From assembly GCA_023213395.1 (NCBI GenBank), contig CM041465.1:145831741-145895740 (forward strand): DNA of 64,000 bases, written 5' to 3'. Made by a program: the position numbers and the translations under genes. Below are positions 50,909 to 64,000 of this stretch, piece by piece; the first letter of the stretch is position 1, and each line of letters opens with the position of its first letter. The DNA is from Cycas panzhihuaensis. Its lineage: Eukaryota > Plantae > Cycadophyta. The notes beneath the pieces are model-generated. The model saw only the letters and a list, made by a program, of their open reading frames with translations. It was not told the origin of the DNA and ran no database searches.

Positions 50909-53900
50909 TTGAAAATTTCATTTCTAAGAACTTTCTCATATAAATCTTGCAACACAACTACTAGCAAAATCTTATGGTACATAAAATACCTAAGTATAGA
51001 ATTGGAAAACTGAAACAATAGCATAATATCAATAGTAACAAGCAAACAGAAAGAGGAGGTTGAGGAGGAAGAAGAAGAAGTTCATAACTTCCCTCCTGAA
51101 TATTCAGAGGTAACTTATAAAAATTGGGAGATAGAAGACATACTTGCATACAAAATAGACAAGGGAAAGAAGGTACAATTTAAGGATTTAAAAATAAAAA
51201 AAAAAGCGAGGGAGGTAGGGGGGAGGGATGAAGAGAACCTAAGGAATATAACAATCAAAGGCTATTGGGACGAGCAAATAATAGATCAAACACAAGCATT
51301 ATTTGAAGAATTCAATGATGTATTGTCATAGTCTTACGAAGGCCTAAAGGACATTCCTCTTGAGACAAGGATGCACCACATAGATCTCATTAAGGTTGCT
51401 AAATTGTTCAAACAAAGACCTTATCGGATGAACCCAAGGTATAAGCAGAAAGTAAAGGTAGAAATCGATAAGATTTTGGAAGCCAAGTATATTTACGAAA
51501 TTGAGTATAATGATTGGGTCAATCCAATGGTGGTAGTCTAAAAAAAGAATGGAAAGATTCGAGTTTTGTGTTGACTATTGCCAACTCAACAAAGTGACTA
51601 AGAAAGATCCCTTTTCCATCCCTTTTATAGAGGATGTGTTGGCAATGGTAGGAGGTAATGAGATGTACTCCTTTACAGATGGGTTCAACTGCTATGATTA
51701 TGTGCAAATTGTACCGCAAGATTAATCAAAGACTACATTCGAAACTGAATGGGGTACTTACGCATACAAAATAATGCCACTTAGATTTACAAATGCCCTA
51801 ACCACTTTCCAACATATAGTCCTTAACATCTTTCTAAAAATGATTGGTGAAAAGGTAGTGGTCTTTCTTGATAATTGGACATTATATATAAACTAAGAAC
51901 CATTTGGAGAATCTTCAAGAAATGTTATACAGATGTTGAGAAAATAAGTTATGACTTAATCTAAAGAAGTGTACTTTTATGGTACCATTCAAAAGTTTAT
52001 TAGGACATATCTTTAGCAAGGAAGACTTGCTAATCGATCTTGCCAAAATGTTGACAATATTAAACTTTCCTATTCCATTCACCATGAAACAATAATTTTT
52101 TTTTTTTTGGATTGACAAGATAGTATCGAAGATTTATCAAGGAACATACCTTTATTTTTGGACCTTTGGAAGAGTTTCTTAAAAAATATATTGATTAGGA
52201 AAGGAAAATGGAGCAACAAAAAGCATTTGAAGCTTTGAAAAGAGCAATTGCGATAACACCAATCCAAAGGTTTCTCAATTGGAATAAAATGTTTTATGTC
52301 TACATCAACGCCTCATAATTTGTAATTGAATGTGTGTTGGCCCAACTTGGTGAGAAAAATATTGATCATTCGATAACATTTTCTAGTAGGAAACTGACTT
52401 GAGTAGAGTAGAATTACACAGTAATATAGAGGGTAGGATTTGGGGGATGGTTTACTCATTACAAAAGTTTTGACACTATCTTCTATCAAATTTGTTTATA
52501 TTTTACGTTGACTATCAAACAGTCCTATATTTGATTAATAAACCACTTCTACAAGGGAGGATTAACATATGGCTTATGTTGTTTCAAGACATTTAAGATT
52601 ATAGTAAAACTTGGAAAAGCTCATGTAATATAAGATCAACTATCTAGAGTTAATAATGGAGAAAAAGCAACGAGAGTTGCTAATGACTTCTTACATACCT
52701 ACTTGTTTAGAATTGATGTAATTGTGGTAAAATGGTATGAGGGAATACCAAAAATACTTATCAACTGAAGAGTTACCACGAGGATTGGAAAATGCAGAAA
52801 AAAGACATAGTGAAAAATGCAGAGCCCACCAACTCATACAAGGAGAACTCTACAAACTTGGGGCCAATGATGTATTAGGGCATTGTATAGCCCCCCATGA
52901 AGTTGAACAAGTGATTTCACAAGCACATTTAGGGGTGGTAGATGGACATGTGAGTTGAGAAGCAACTTGCAAAAAATTACTACACAAGATTATGGTGGCT
53001 AACATTGTTTGAGGATAGAAGAAATTGGGTTAAGAAATGTGACTATCATCAGTGGATTGAGAAACCGTGCTACCAAGATTTCTAGCCTCTTAATCCTATT
53101 CTACCCTTGGCTCCATTTGAGAAATGGGGTATACATTTTATTAGCCCCATACATCTTGCTACTCGGAGATCATAAGCAAGATATATATTGGTTACTACAG
53201 ATTACACAACAAAGTGGGTGAAAGCAAGGCCATTCAAAAATGTTGATGCTAAGAGTAAATCATGATTCTTATTCGAAGCAATTATAAAAAGATTTGGGTG
53301 TCTATTGAAACTAGTGAGTGATTAAGGTTCCCATTTCCTTAATAATGTCATTTAGGAACTCACAATATACTACCCACATGTGAATGGCCAAGTAGAAAGT
53401 TCCAATAAGATTATTAAGAATTTCTTACAAAATATTTGTGATGTCGGACGATTTAACTGGGTAGGAAAATTACTTTTAGTATTATGGGCCTTCTGAACAA
53501 CATACAAGAGGCCTACTAGTCAAACTCCTTTTGATTAGTTTATAGATTGGAGGCAATAGTTCCTTATGAATTCAAGCTCCCCAACCTTTGTGTAGTCCTT
53601 GAATGTTGTTCGGAAGATGTGGATTCACTTTGTGAAAGATTACTTCAGTTGGAAGAAATGAGGCAAATGTCAGATTGGGCATAGACTATCGAGAAAAAAT
53701 GATAGAAGACATGGCATAATTGCCACCTACATTCACTTCAATTCATAGAAGGCAATCAAGTGTAGTTGTATGATGGGAAATTCAAAACATATCCAAGCAA
53801 ACTAAAGATGTGCTAGTTAGGACTTTACATTATCCAACAAATATTCTAAAATGGTTAAGTTTAACTAAAGGAACCAAACAAACAAACACTGCAAAAAATA

Positions 53901-56900
53901 GTCAATGGTAGTACGTTGAAACCCTACTACCATTAGGCTTTATCAACAGTACTAGAGGAATCAATGGTTGTACCATATATATACTATATGAACTTGAGGA
54001 CAATCAAAGTTGTTCCAGTATCAAGAAAATGATTCCATCTTGATATGTAAAAAGAAAAATACAAAAATAAAAAATAATTAAAAAAAGTAGAAAAAACAAC
54101 CCATAATTCATCATTAGAGATTTATTAACATTGAAAAATCGAAACAAATTGCATACGTAGGTAATAAAGACCCCCAAAAGATTAAAAAAAGATAGATAAT
54201 AGTGAAAAAAACCACAATTTAAGCAAAAAATGATCAATTGTTAGGCATTCCAGTTGCATCCCACTTGTGTTCCAGGAAGTGTCCCCAAAGGCGTTCACAA
54301 GCACCTAAGGTGCAGGCATAGAAGCATCTCATTAAGGAATGCTTCTGCGATAAAAATACCATAAAAACTAAAAACTCAATGAAAATTTATCATTTAGTGT
54401 TCTAGAGGAAAGAGTCTAGAGTACATGTGTTCCATAATAAACAAAAAATCAGAAGCATTCAACCATGGGCACAAAAGCATCCCACATCAGAAGTGTTCCA
54501 TGCAAAAGTGTCCAGATAAGCTTCCCATCATTGGTAAGTAGTTAGCATTAAAAATTTTCCAAAAATGAAGTTGAAATTATAAGAACTCTATTTGGCACAA
54601 TTATCCAATGATTCTGCCATAATGAAGAAAGAGTTTAAGGAAACAATAATTGGTGCTAGATGGAAGTGTTATGAGTTGTTACCACCCCTCTATTGGGACA
54701 ACACAGTCATGCAAAGCATCATTTTATTACTAAAAGAAAACTTAGACAAAATTGAGATATCTATCAACCTAATTGGGAGAATCATAAAATTGCCTAATAA
54801 TAGAAGAATTCCACTAGGAGAAAAGAGCACAAAAGTAGATAGGGAAGAAGTTTATGCATTGTGTAAAAAGAATGTTAGAACATACACAAGGGGGAATAAA
54901 AATTGATGACCTAGTGGACCTAGAGTTAAAGTGGCTAGCCAAAGTCTCTGTCACCTGATTTTTGGGAAAGAAAAATATACTTATTGCCTAACTAGCATCC
55001 TTACTACCCTTTAGTAGGTGCAAGAGGGTCTAAAGTTAAATTGGAGTATATGCTTGGCAACTTCACTTCAAAGCGAATTTTAAAAAATGATAAGAGTAGA
55101 GGCAACCTTTAGACACCCTTTGTTGTTGCTAAGGGTATTATTTACCTAAACTCCTATAACATGACCAACTCAAGCAAAGATTAAAGATGGGTGTGCACTA
55201 ATGCAACAATGGAAAAGTTCATTTCTGATGAATATTGACTCAATAGAGACCAAACAACTTCTTGTTGCCTTAATTAGGCACATTATGTTATGGTTTTAGG
55301 GTGCTACACACACTATACATCCTCATCAGCTAAAGAAGAAGGCAAGCAAACAAACGTGATAAATGATTGTATCTGACACAAAATCCGTAGAGGAGACCAC
55401 CCCACCATAGACAAACACAGGTGAGGGCATTTCCCAAGGTATGAGAAGCATGGAAGATGAAATCCAATAGATAAAATAATGGTTGGATGAGTTTTTGGAA
55501 ACCTAACAATAATAAAAACAACAAATAACATAACTTTAACAGGAATTGAAGGATAAGACAACTAAAGTAGAAAATTTGATAAAGATAAATGAAGATATGA
55601 TTGAGTTGGCACGATGAAGAGATACTCAAATTGGTGAGCTATATGAGCAACTTGTGAGAAAAGGTGGGAAAAGGTTACCCACTAGAAAATAAAAGATTTT
55701 GGCCAAGGAAATTTTTGGTGATGTTGAGAAAGATGCTCAAAACATTTGTTGACCTTTGAATAGATGTATGCAGTAGATTTTGATCTAGGATTCTTGGAAT
55801 CATTGAGGGGCAACTCCAAGGATAGTGGACGGTTGAAATCTCAAAAGAAATGAAACATTCCAATGAAATTCAATAAAGGGGCAGTTAGTAGATGGTTTTA
55901 GGATGATTTTGATATATAAGGGATGGTTTCAGGTTGTGGGGAACGGTTTTGAAGGACTTTAGGGACAATTAAGACTATAGTGGAATGGTTGTGGAATGGT
56001 GGATGGTTTTATGCCTAAAAGCCATGAGCTATGATTGTGCATACATATCTAACAATATTAATTATTGCTAATTAGGGTTTTTGTGTTATGAATGGTTAAG
56101 AGTGATGTTGTAAAAGTTGTACCCTTTTAAATTTTGGCCATGTAAAAGTATATAAAAGGGTCATTTCTCCTATTAGTTCAATGGAGAGAGTCGAACAATT
56201 GAATTTTATGATATGTTCTCAAGGGTGAGAGTTAAGCAATCAAAGTGATGTAATCTTCTATATAGTGATGATAATAAAATATATGAGTTACAAGGAAACA
56301 CTTATGCAACTATATTATTGGTATTGGTTGCTTCTAGTGTGATGATTGCTATGTTGTAAATTACTACATATGTTACAGGTGTTTTGAAGTGTAATTGATG
56401 CCAAGAAGGTGAAGAGGACACAAGATGGATATGTTATAGAGTAGTTTGGAATGTTGGTGGGCTGAGTATTTGTCAAAAGTAGCAAAGCTTGGAACAAATT
56501 AGAACCCCCCTTGAATGATTTGTTAGGTTGTTTATAGAGCAATTTGAGACTATAACAGATATTGACTACTACTAGGAGCTAAGAATAAGGTAAATATGCC
56601 TAGTAGAGGAGTATAATGAGGATTTCTCTACATTAGTATATGTAGTGAACGATATTTTTGAGGACATGGAAATTCAATTATACATAGATGGATTCTCCAT
56701 AGACATTTAGGTAGATGTTTAAATTGTCGCCCCACAAAACCTAAATAAAGTTATGAGTTTAAATTGCAACATTGAAAAGAAAGCCAACACCCCATGTAAC
56801 TCAAAACAAAGCATCTATGTTCTCCCATTTACATGAGAAAGCAAAAGTAGAACTTGGGACACTGAGGGACCTAGTAAACAAATAACTAGGGACATCAATC

Positions 56901-58334
56901 TTAGGATACCAATACTATGATCCAAGACATAACAAAAACTTAGAAGGAAGGGATTATGTTTTAGATGTGGGGAGAAGTGGGTTCCAACACATAAATAAAA
57001 TAGAAATAAACTCTTTATAATAGAATTAGTAGTAGTAGAGGATAATGAGGGTGATGAAATCAAATTAGAGTCCTTATAAGAAACCTTAAATGTAGAAGAA
57101 GAAGCTTCTTAAATGTCCTTCTTAACGATGCCAAGGTTGATAAGGCCCAAAACACTTAAGTTATGAGGTTACATTAAGAAGGATCTGGCAATAATCCTAG
57201 TTGATCTTGGGAGCACTCATAATTTTATGGATCAATTTGCAACCCAATGCTTAGAGTTATTTCCAACTAGGATACCCAAGTTTCAAATTAGTGTTGGTGG
57301 GTGGATTGAAACATTAGGTTGACGTAAGCTCAAAAAGCTTAAGTTAGAGGTTGGAGACATAACCTTGAATGATAATTTCTACATCATAGATGTAGGTGAA
57401 GTAAATATAATGCTAGGATACCAGTGGTTGCAAACACTTTAAATTGTTAAAATAAACTTCGGTAAGCTCTTCATGTGATATAACTGAGGAGGAAAACAAA
57501 TTGCATTGCAAGGGCATTATTCAATAGAAACAAAGGTAGTGTTATTATATCAAATGGAAAAACTCATTTATAAGGGACACACATGTCTAATAACCCAATT
57601 GCTCTTTCTATAAATAGAAGTTGAGGAGCAAATTAAGGATGAATTATAGGTGTAAGAAATAATAAATAAATGTGAGGAAGCTTTTCAAGACCTTGCCATA
57701 GGATTGCCTCCAGATTGTGGAATGGAACATATAATCGAATTAGAGCATGGCATAAACCCTATCATAGTTAAACCTTACAAACATCCACATCATTATAGGA
57801 ACAAGATTAAAAATTTAGGACAAGATTGACCAAACTATGAGGCAATAGTATCGAGTAAATGCCTGTTTGTAGCACTAGTTGTTCTGATTAGGGAAAAAAA
57901 GATGGGTCATTGAGTCGATTATCACACCCTTAACAAAGGTATCATAAAAAGTTACTTTCCAATCCTAAGAATTGACAAATTACTAGATGAGCTCCATGGA
58001 GTAAAATATTTAATAAAAATTGACCTTCGTTCAAGATATCACTATATTAGAAGAGGACACTCCAAAGATAATATTTTGTACTTATCATGGCCATTATTAG
58101 TTCAAAGTGGTACCTTCCAACTTCACCAATGCTCTAGCCATATTCCAAGCAATGATGAATAGGGTTCTAGCATCACTATTGTGAAAATTTACATTTGTCT
58201 TTTTTAATGACATTATAATATATAGTAGAAAGGAGCACCTGATTCACATTGAGAAGGTCCTAAACCTACTATGAGAAGATCACTTATTCATAAAATGTTT
58301 GACTTGAAGTTTCAATGGAAAGAGGTTGAGTACC

Positions 58335-58657
58335 TGTAATGAACCGTTACACCAAAACCTCGAGGTGTTAGTGAAGAGGGCCCCCCACCAAGTAGACCAT
58401 TACCTCCGCCCCAGTTCAAACGGGCTAGCCCCACTTAGCCCCACTTTCATCGGTGTTCATGCGCCCCACAGGCCCCGGCTACGACGATGTTTTGTGCATC
58501 AACGACGTTTGGCGCGTCACCCCATCGCCCCCATAAGCGGTGTTGCCCCCACGGGATTTGAACTTGGGTCTTGGCTCTGATACCACTTGTAACGAACCGT
58601 TACACCAAAACCTCAAGGTGTTAGTGAAGAGGCCCCCCCACCAAGTAGACCATTACC
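58335..58657 (-). mobile_element. TRIM (terminal-repeat retrotransposon in miniature) with a truncated 5' LTR
   Basis: Complete 136-bp LTR 58335-58470 (TGTAA..CCACA) and a 117-bp GC-rich internal region with PBS GCTCTGATACCA 58574-58585. The second LTR, 58588-58657, stops after 70 bp. Confidence 0.9.
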
Positions 58658-58662
58658 AATCT

Positions 58663-61291
58663 TGTAGCAACCTTACAAAATTCTTCTAATAGATTTTATA
58701 GAAATAGACAAAATATCCACCAAATGCACTTGCAAAATATCCAATCAAGAGAGCAATAATACAAATCCACTTGAATACAAATATAAAATGGTATGAAATG
58801 AATATAAAGTAAATAGATATAACGTTACCAAAAGATCCCACAAATTACTGATGATAAAGAATCCCTCTTCAAGGCGAGGTTCCCTCCACAAAGCTCCTCA
58901 AAAGGGCCGAAAATACTGTAGTCCAAGACCTCTTCTTCGATGATCCAAAATGATTCTGCAAATCCTCCTTAAATAGACAGCCGAAAGATAGTAATAGAAG
59001 TTGGCGAGAAAAGGAGAATAAACCTGCCCAAAACTAATACTAGAAGTCGGCCATAACTCCTCCAAAAATTAATAGGCTGAAAACTTTAAATAGTCATAAG
59101 TTTTGATATGGACGTCAGAATTAAGTTTCGTCTAGACCGTTGGAATCGTCGTTGAGAGAGCTTTGATTTGAATGGTCACATGATATACTTTTGACCATAT
59201 TTTGGAATGCTACAATTCCCCTCCCCTTAAAATAATACTTTGCCCTCGAAGTATTGAGAAATGCTTGTAGCTCGGTCTAATCTTTCAACCACCTCCTGCT
59301 AGATCCTGTAGGTCATGAAGATTTGCCTCGATCTTGTGTCTTCTTTAGGGCTACACTGGCAAGCATCTTGAATTTGTTGATGTTTGTTCTTGGGACCAGG
59401 TACCTGCGACGCCTTATTCTGAATTGAAAAGATCCTGGGACTTGTGAGGTATCTCAAATGTCTTGTCTTGGTTTTGCCTTGCATTTGCACCTTTTATTTC
59501 CAAATGGGATGGATTTTGGAAAAAGACATAAAGGCTTTGGGAACAAAATTGATTATGAGGGTCAAGGATTGATGATTGCCTATTGTAGGAAAAAGAAATG
59601 GAGGACTTGTGAACTAAGATCAAGCATAGCTTTGAAGGTATAGAAAGAAAGGATAAAATTTGGAATATGTCTTGGACGGAGATGTAAGTTCGTATAAGTT
59701 TTGTTGAACCATAACTCTTTTTAGGAGAGAAAGATGGATGGGGGATTAGTGATAGAGGTTCTTTATGAAAAAAAGATTTTAATAGGGTTGTAGAATTGGT
59801 ATTCAAGTAAAAGAAAAGATTTAATGGAAAAAGACAATATTGATAATATGGAATTGAAGAGGCATGAAAAAAATTAGACTGGGTTTTATAAGAGATAATA
59901 TTAAGAGGTGAAACCTGACAAACAGATTGAAGTTGAAGGGTGTCTTGTTGATGATTGTTTATAGGGGTTGAAGGAGTAGGTGAGTAAAGAGATGGACTAG
60001 GGTTACCGAGAGGAATTATAATTTGACTTATGAAAAAACTAAGGTTAGGAAAATTAGGAGCATGGCTAACTATAGGTTGAGGAGAGAAGGGCTCTTGTAT
60101 TACTATTGAACTAGGAAAAGAGTGAGGATATACAAAACTACCGAACAAAATGTGCATGTGCAATGCAGGATCACTGGGTACCTTACATGAGATTTGTTGA
60201 GAAAAATCTGCTTGTTCTTCATTATCTTTATACTGCTCTTGTGTAACTTCACCTTGGATTTCCTCTTTGATATTGAAATTAGACTCTTCTGTTGCTTGTG
60301 CATGCTCCAAGTCTTCTACGTCGTTATATTATTTTCTCTGGGCTAGATCTCATTCTAGCACTTAAAAAACCTCTAGGATCTCCTCATCAATAATGTCTTC
60401 TTCTTGCCCTTCCTCATTTGCTTGAACCTCACCCTGCTTATGTTCTTTAAATGCTGTGGTAGCCGCCTCTAAAAATTGGTACCATAGAAAAGGTTCTTTA
60501 GCCCAATTAATGAACCACTCATAAGCTCGTCCATTTAATATCATTTCTAATAATGGTCCATATTCTTCCATTTTTGTATCAGACGTAAACTCAAAATCTT
60601 CTATCCATATTTTCATGCCCTCATAATCCTCCAAATTAAAAAAATCTGTCTCCATTTTTTTCTCAAGCTTTATATGTTCCACGTGTTCATTTCATGTTCT
60701 ACTTTGCCCTTTCCCTTCGAAACGAAGCTCTGATACCACTTGTAGTAACCTTACAAAATTCTTCTAATAGATTTTATAGAAATAGACAAAATATCCACCA
60801 AATGCACTTGCAAAATATCCAATCAAGAGAGCAATAACATAAATCCACTTGAATACAAATATAAAATGGTATGAAATGAATATAAAGCAAATAGATACAA
60901 CGTTACCAAAAGATCCCACAAATTACTGACGATAAAGAATCCCTCTTCGAGGCGAGGTTCCTCCACAAAGCTCCTTAAAAGGGCCGAAAATACTGCAGTC
61001 CAAGACCTCTTCTTCGATGATCCAAAATGATTCCGTAAATCCTCCTTAAATAGATGGCCGAAAGATAGTAATAGAAGTCAGCCAGAAAAGGGAAATAAAC
61101 CTGCCCAAAACTAATACTAGAAGTCGGCCAGAACTCCTCCAAAAACTAATAGACTGAAAACTTTAAATAGTCACAATTTTTGATATAGACGTCGGAATTA
61201 AGTTTCATCTAGACCGTTGGAATCGTCGTTCAGAGAGCTTTGATTTGAATGGTCATATGCTATACTTTTGACCATATTTTGGAATGCTATA
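58663..61291 (-). mobile_element. Non-autonomous Gypsy-derived gag-only element, family B copy 2
   Basis: LTRs 58663-59214 and 60741-61291, PBS 60727-60738 and PPT (ATTCCCCTCCCC on +). The internal region is collinear with 8356-10733 minus the solo LTR. Confidence 0.95.
59227..60682 (-). pseudogene. Family B ORF, copy 2 (nonsense mutations)
   Basis: ORFs 60362-60682 and 59414-60310 are in the same frame, separated by CAA>TAA and CGA>TGA stops. The protein aligns by eye to 9582-10649. Confidence 0.85.
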
Positions 61292-62039
61292 GTACCCTAG
61301 GATAAATCATCTCTCATGATGGGGTCAAGATAAATCCTATAAAGACGAAGCCAACCTAGAATGGCCTACACCCAAGAATATCAGCGTACTAAGGGGATTC
61401 TTAGGGCCTCATAGGTTATTATTGATGCTTTGTAAAAAGCTATACATAATAGACAATACTCCATATAGACCTCCTAAAGGATTCCTTCTAGTGGAGCACA
61501 AAAGTTGAAGAATGCTTCCAACTATTAAAGGAAACAATGGTAATAGAATCCATACTAACATCCCCATATTTTCACAAACCCTCTGTTCTAAAGTATAATG
61601 CTTCAGGAATAGGTATTAGGGTTGTGCTTATGTAAGAAGAGAAACCCATAACTTTTGAAAGTAGGAAACTTAGTGCAAGAGAGCAACTTTGATGAATGTA
61701 TGATAAGAAAATGCTAGCAATAATACACACCTTACACAAATGGTGATAATACCTCTTATGAAGTAAATTTTGAGTTAAATAAATCATAATAATCTCTAAT
61801 GCTTTTTAAAATAGAAAAACTTGTCCCTAGAACATCATAAATGGGTTAGCAAAATAAATGTTATTCTAGATGTACTATGTTGAAGAGATTAAGGAAATGA
61901 AGACTCTCAACCTTCTAAGGTTGCTATGCTTAACCTTAGTTGGGTAACTGATTTCTACGTCGAATATGTAAAGAGCATTAAAAACCCAAGAATTGATTAC
62001 TAGAAAGAATATTAACAATCCTAACAGAATATTTAACTA

Positions 62040-64000
62040 TAACACAAAACATAATGAAAACATTAAACTTGTTGGAGTATAATGTTTTATCTTGGGATTA
62101 TTAAAGGGGGGCGCTGATGTAATTAAACTCTCATTATATTTAATATAAATACAATACTCATGATTGGTCATAAGAAACCATATAACAGTTACAAACCCTG
62201 ATGTATAAAGAGAGGGATTCCTCACATAATAGATCATTCATTTTTTCCCTCTATTAATTTGAGAACTCTAATAATAGAGTGGGTTTGTTAGATAAAGTCT
62301 CAACTATAAGAAATCAAATGAAGACATTTTCTCATATCAAATTAACATGGATGTGCATTAATCAAATAAAGCCAGAGGAGATCAAATCGCTCTAAAGAAG
62401 CATACAAAATAAGCGCACAAAACTATATGGTCATAAGGGTGTCAAAAAATCAAAGTGCTCAAAACCAGACTAAATGTATCTAGATAGTAGATCTCGATCT
62501 CCACATCATTTCTTCCTTCTGCATCGAGTCTATTCGAGTCCATTTCGAAGGGGTTTCAACCACTTTTTTAGGCACACAGGTTTGGAGGCAAGATCTTCAT
62601 TTTTTTTTGGGAAAAATTCACTTAATTTTTAGGTAATAATTATTGTAATCTCTCCTCTCCATAATTACAATGAGATTAGGTACTATTTTGCAAAAAAAAT
62701 TTTCATTTTTTTGAAGATTTGAGCATTTAAAAAAAATTTCCTAGCCCCACATTTCTACTCTTTGAGGCCCTTTTTTCTCTCAATTCAAAAGGGATATTCA
62801 AAAGATAATTATAGATTTGGATACCTATTTAGACGATCTACATTGTAAGATATTTTTAAAATTAAATCTGTACAACTTTAACTTTGTATAGAAATATGTA
62901 CAGTTAGACAACCTTGGCTTCTTAGACCTATTTTGAAACATTATCTATATTTTTCATCTGTGTAAGCATGGAATACTCCATTTTGGACCTTAATAATGTA
63001 GATAAGTTGATTGGAAACAATTATCAAGCTTGGATAATTAAAATGGAAGCCCTTTTGTATGCCAAAAATGCTTGGGAATTAACCATTAGAGAAGAAAAGA
63101 TACTAAAAACTGAAGGAGGTGCCCAGAAAAATTGGAAAGAAAGAAATAATTTATGACTAATAACTCTAAAAATGTTGATTTCTGATCATCTTTTAATATA
63201 CAATGATAAATCAAATTCCTGCTCTCAAATTTGGAATACTCTTGAAAATCTTTATGTCCAAAAGAATAAAGCAAGGATTATAACTTTGAAAGAGGAGTTT
63301 TTAAAATTATTTATGAAAGAAACAGAAATAATAGCTGACTTCATTCATAAAGTCACTACAATTTGGAACGACCTCTTAAGCACTGGGCAATAATATCTGA
63401 AAAGGAAGTAGTGGAAATAGTAGCAGGAAACTTCCAAAGGAATTTGATGCGATCATCAATACAATAACCAATATTGGCTTAATTGAAGAAATAACTCTTG
63501 ATGAACTAACTAATATATTGTTGAGATAGGAACGGAGAAATAAAAAGTATGAAGATATCACTGAAATGGAAAATGCCTTTACGATAAAATTAAACCAATG
63601 AGGTTTTAGAGGATGAAGTCAATTCAAAGGCAAAGGATGTACTCCAGAACCTAAACCTTTATCACAAGGAAGGTGGTTAGATAGTAAGAGACACGATTGC
63701 ATGTATCCACTAAGGCATGCTCAAGTATGTTTTAACTATGGTAAACCTAGACACTTCTCAAGCCAATGTCGAGCATTTAACATTTGTCACCATGATGGAC
63801 ATCTGGGACATTACCCATACCAGTGTCCTCAACAAAGTGTAGAGATTTAGAGAGGGAAGAGACTAGTTGAAAACTATACTAAGGAGTAACTAGACAAAGA
63901 GGATGAAGAAATGACTTTTATTATTGCTTTGTCAGCTAGTCTTCAAGACAAGGATGTGTGCTACATTGATTCTAGAGCATCATGACATATGACAAATATG
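62040..64000 (+). mobile_element. Decayed Ty1/Copia element (related to family A), 5' part; runs off the right edge
   Basis: Probable LTR ending ATTAACA at 62347. Gag MEYSILDLNNVDKLIGNNYQAWIIKMEALLYAKNAW, KNKARIITLKEE, two degenerate knuckles at ~63728-63826 and protease YIDSRAS*HMT. The left boundary is approximate. Confidence 0.85.

Larger units (their letters stand above)
37143..56478 (+). mobile_element. Full-length decayed non-chromovirus Ty3/Gypsy (Athila/Phygy-like) element containing two nested Copia elements
   Basis: The 5' LTR is split into 37143-~37395 and 41721-42184; the 3' LTR is 55765-56478 (both start TGTATGCAG). TSD GTAGT/GTAGC. Gag 42854-43306, protease IVDGAVTVNLL, RT RPYRMNP..WVNPMV..DGFNCY..FLDNW, RNase H, integrase PFEKWG..TKWVKA..VNGQVESSNK, and an extra 3' ORF. 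The PBS TGGTTTTGTTGTTAAA could be a deaminated tRNA-Glu/Asp-type site (inference). Confidence 0.88.
36990..62030 (+). mobile_element. Old Gypsy (Reina-like) host element in three pieces: ~36990-37142, 56479-58334 and 61297-~62030
   Basis: Gag WIQQME..KKVSFATLHL continues after 56478 (FVRLFIEQFE; RKGLCFRCGEKW). Protease ILVDLGSTHNF and RT GLPPDCGMEHIIEL..RIDKLLDELHG follow. The EVEY|LG motif is split at 58334/61297, and RNase H remnants follow. Confidence 0.8.

Noticed and set aside
58335-58657. Cassandra TRIM
   Set aside because: There is no 5S rRNA A/IE/C-box sequence in the LTR.

Overview
This is land-plant nuclear DNA, apparently from a large, TE-rich genome. The long intron and the TE types would fit a non-flowering plant, but that is inference. 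The only host gene visible is the last two exons of a BPG2/YqeH-type plastid GTPase gene (17379-17546 and 18829-19206, +). Its upstream exons lie outside the window, so bases 1-17378 look like part of one intron filled with nested LTR retrotransposons, all antisense where orientation can be read. The rest is a multi-level nest of decayed Ty1/Copia and Ty3/Gypsy elements, a hAT remnant, a solo LTR and a TRIM; most junctions can be resolved by TG..CA ends, PBS/PPT and 5-bp target-site duplications. The most interesting material is a set of non-autonomous LTR elements. (i) 3192-6907 is young and carries an ~84-bp 25S/26S rRNA fragment and two hairpin arrays. (ii) 22595-27466 is young and carries a spliced class III peroxidase mRNA fragment and a Gag-acidic-Pol-tail ORF. 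(iii) A Gypsy-derived gag-only family has two copies (8262-11315 and 58663-61291), and its single ~466-aa ORF can be rebuilt by removing a solo LTR. (iv) The second copy of that family and a TRIM appear to share one TSD, as if inserted as a composite.
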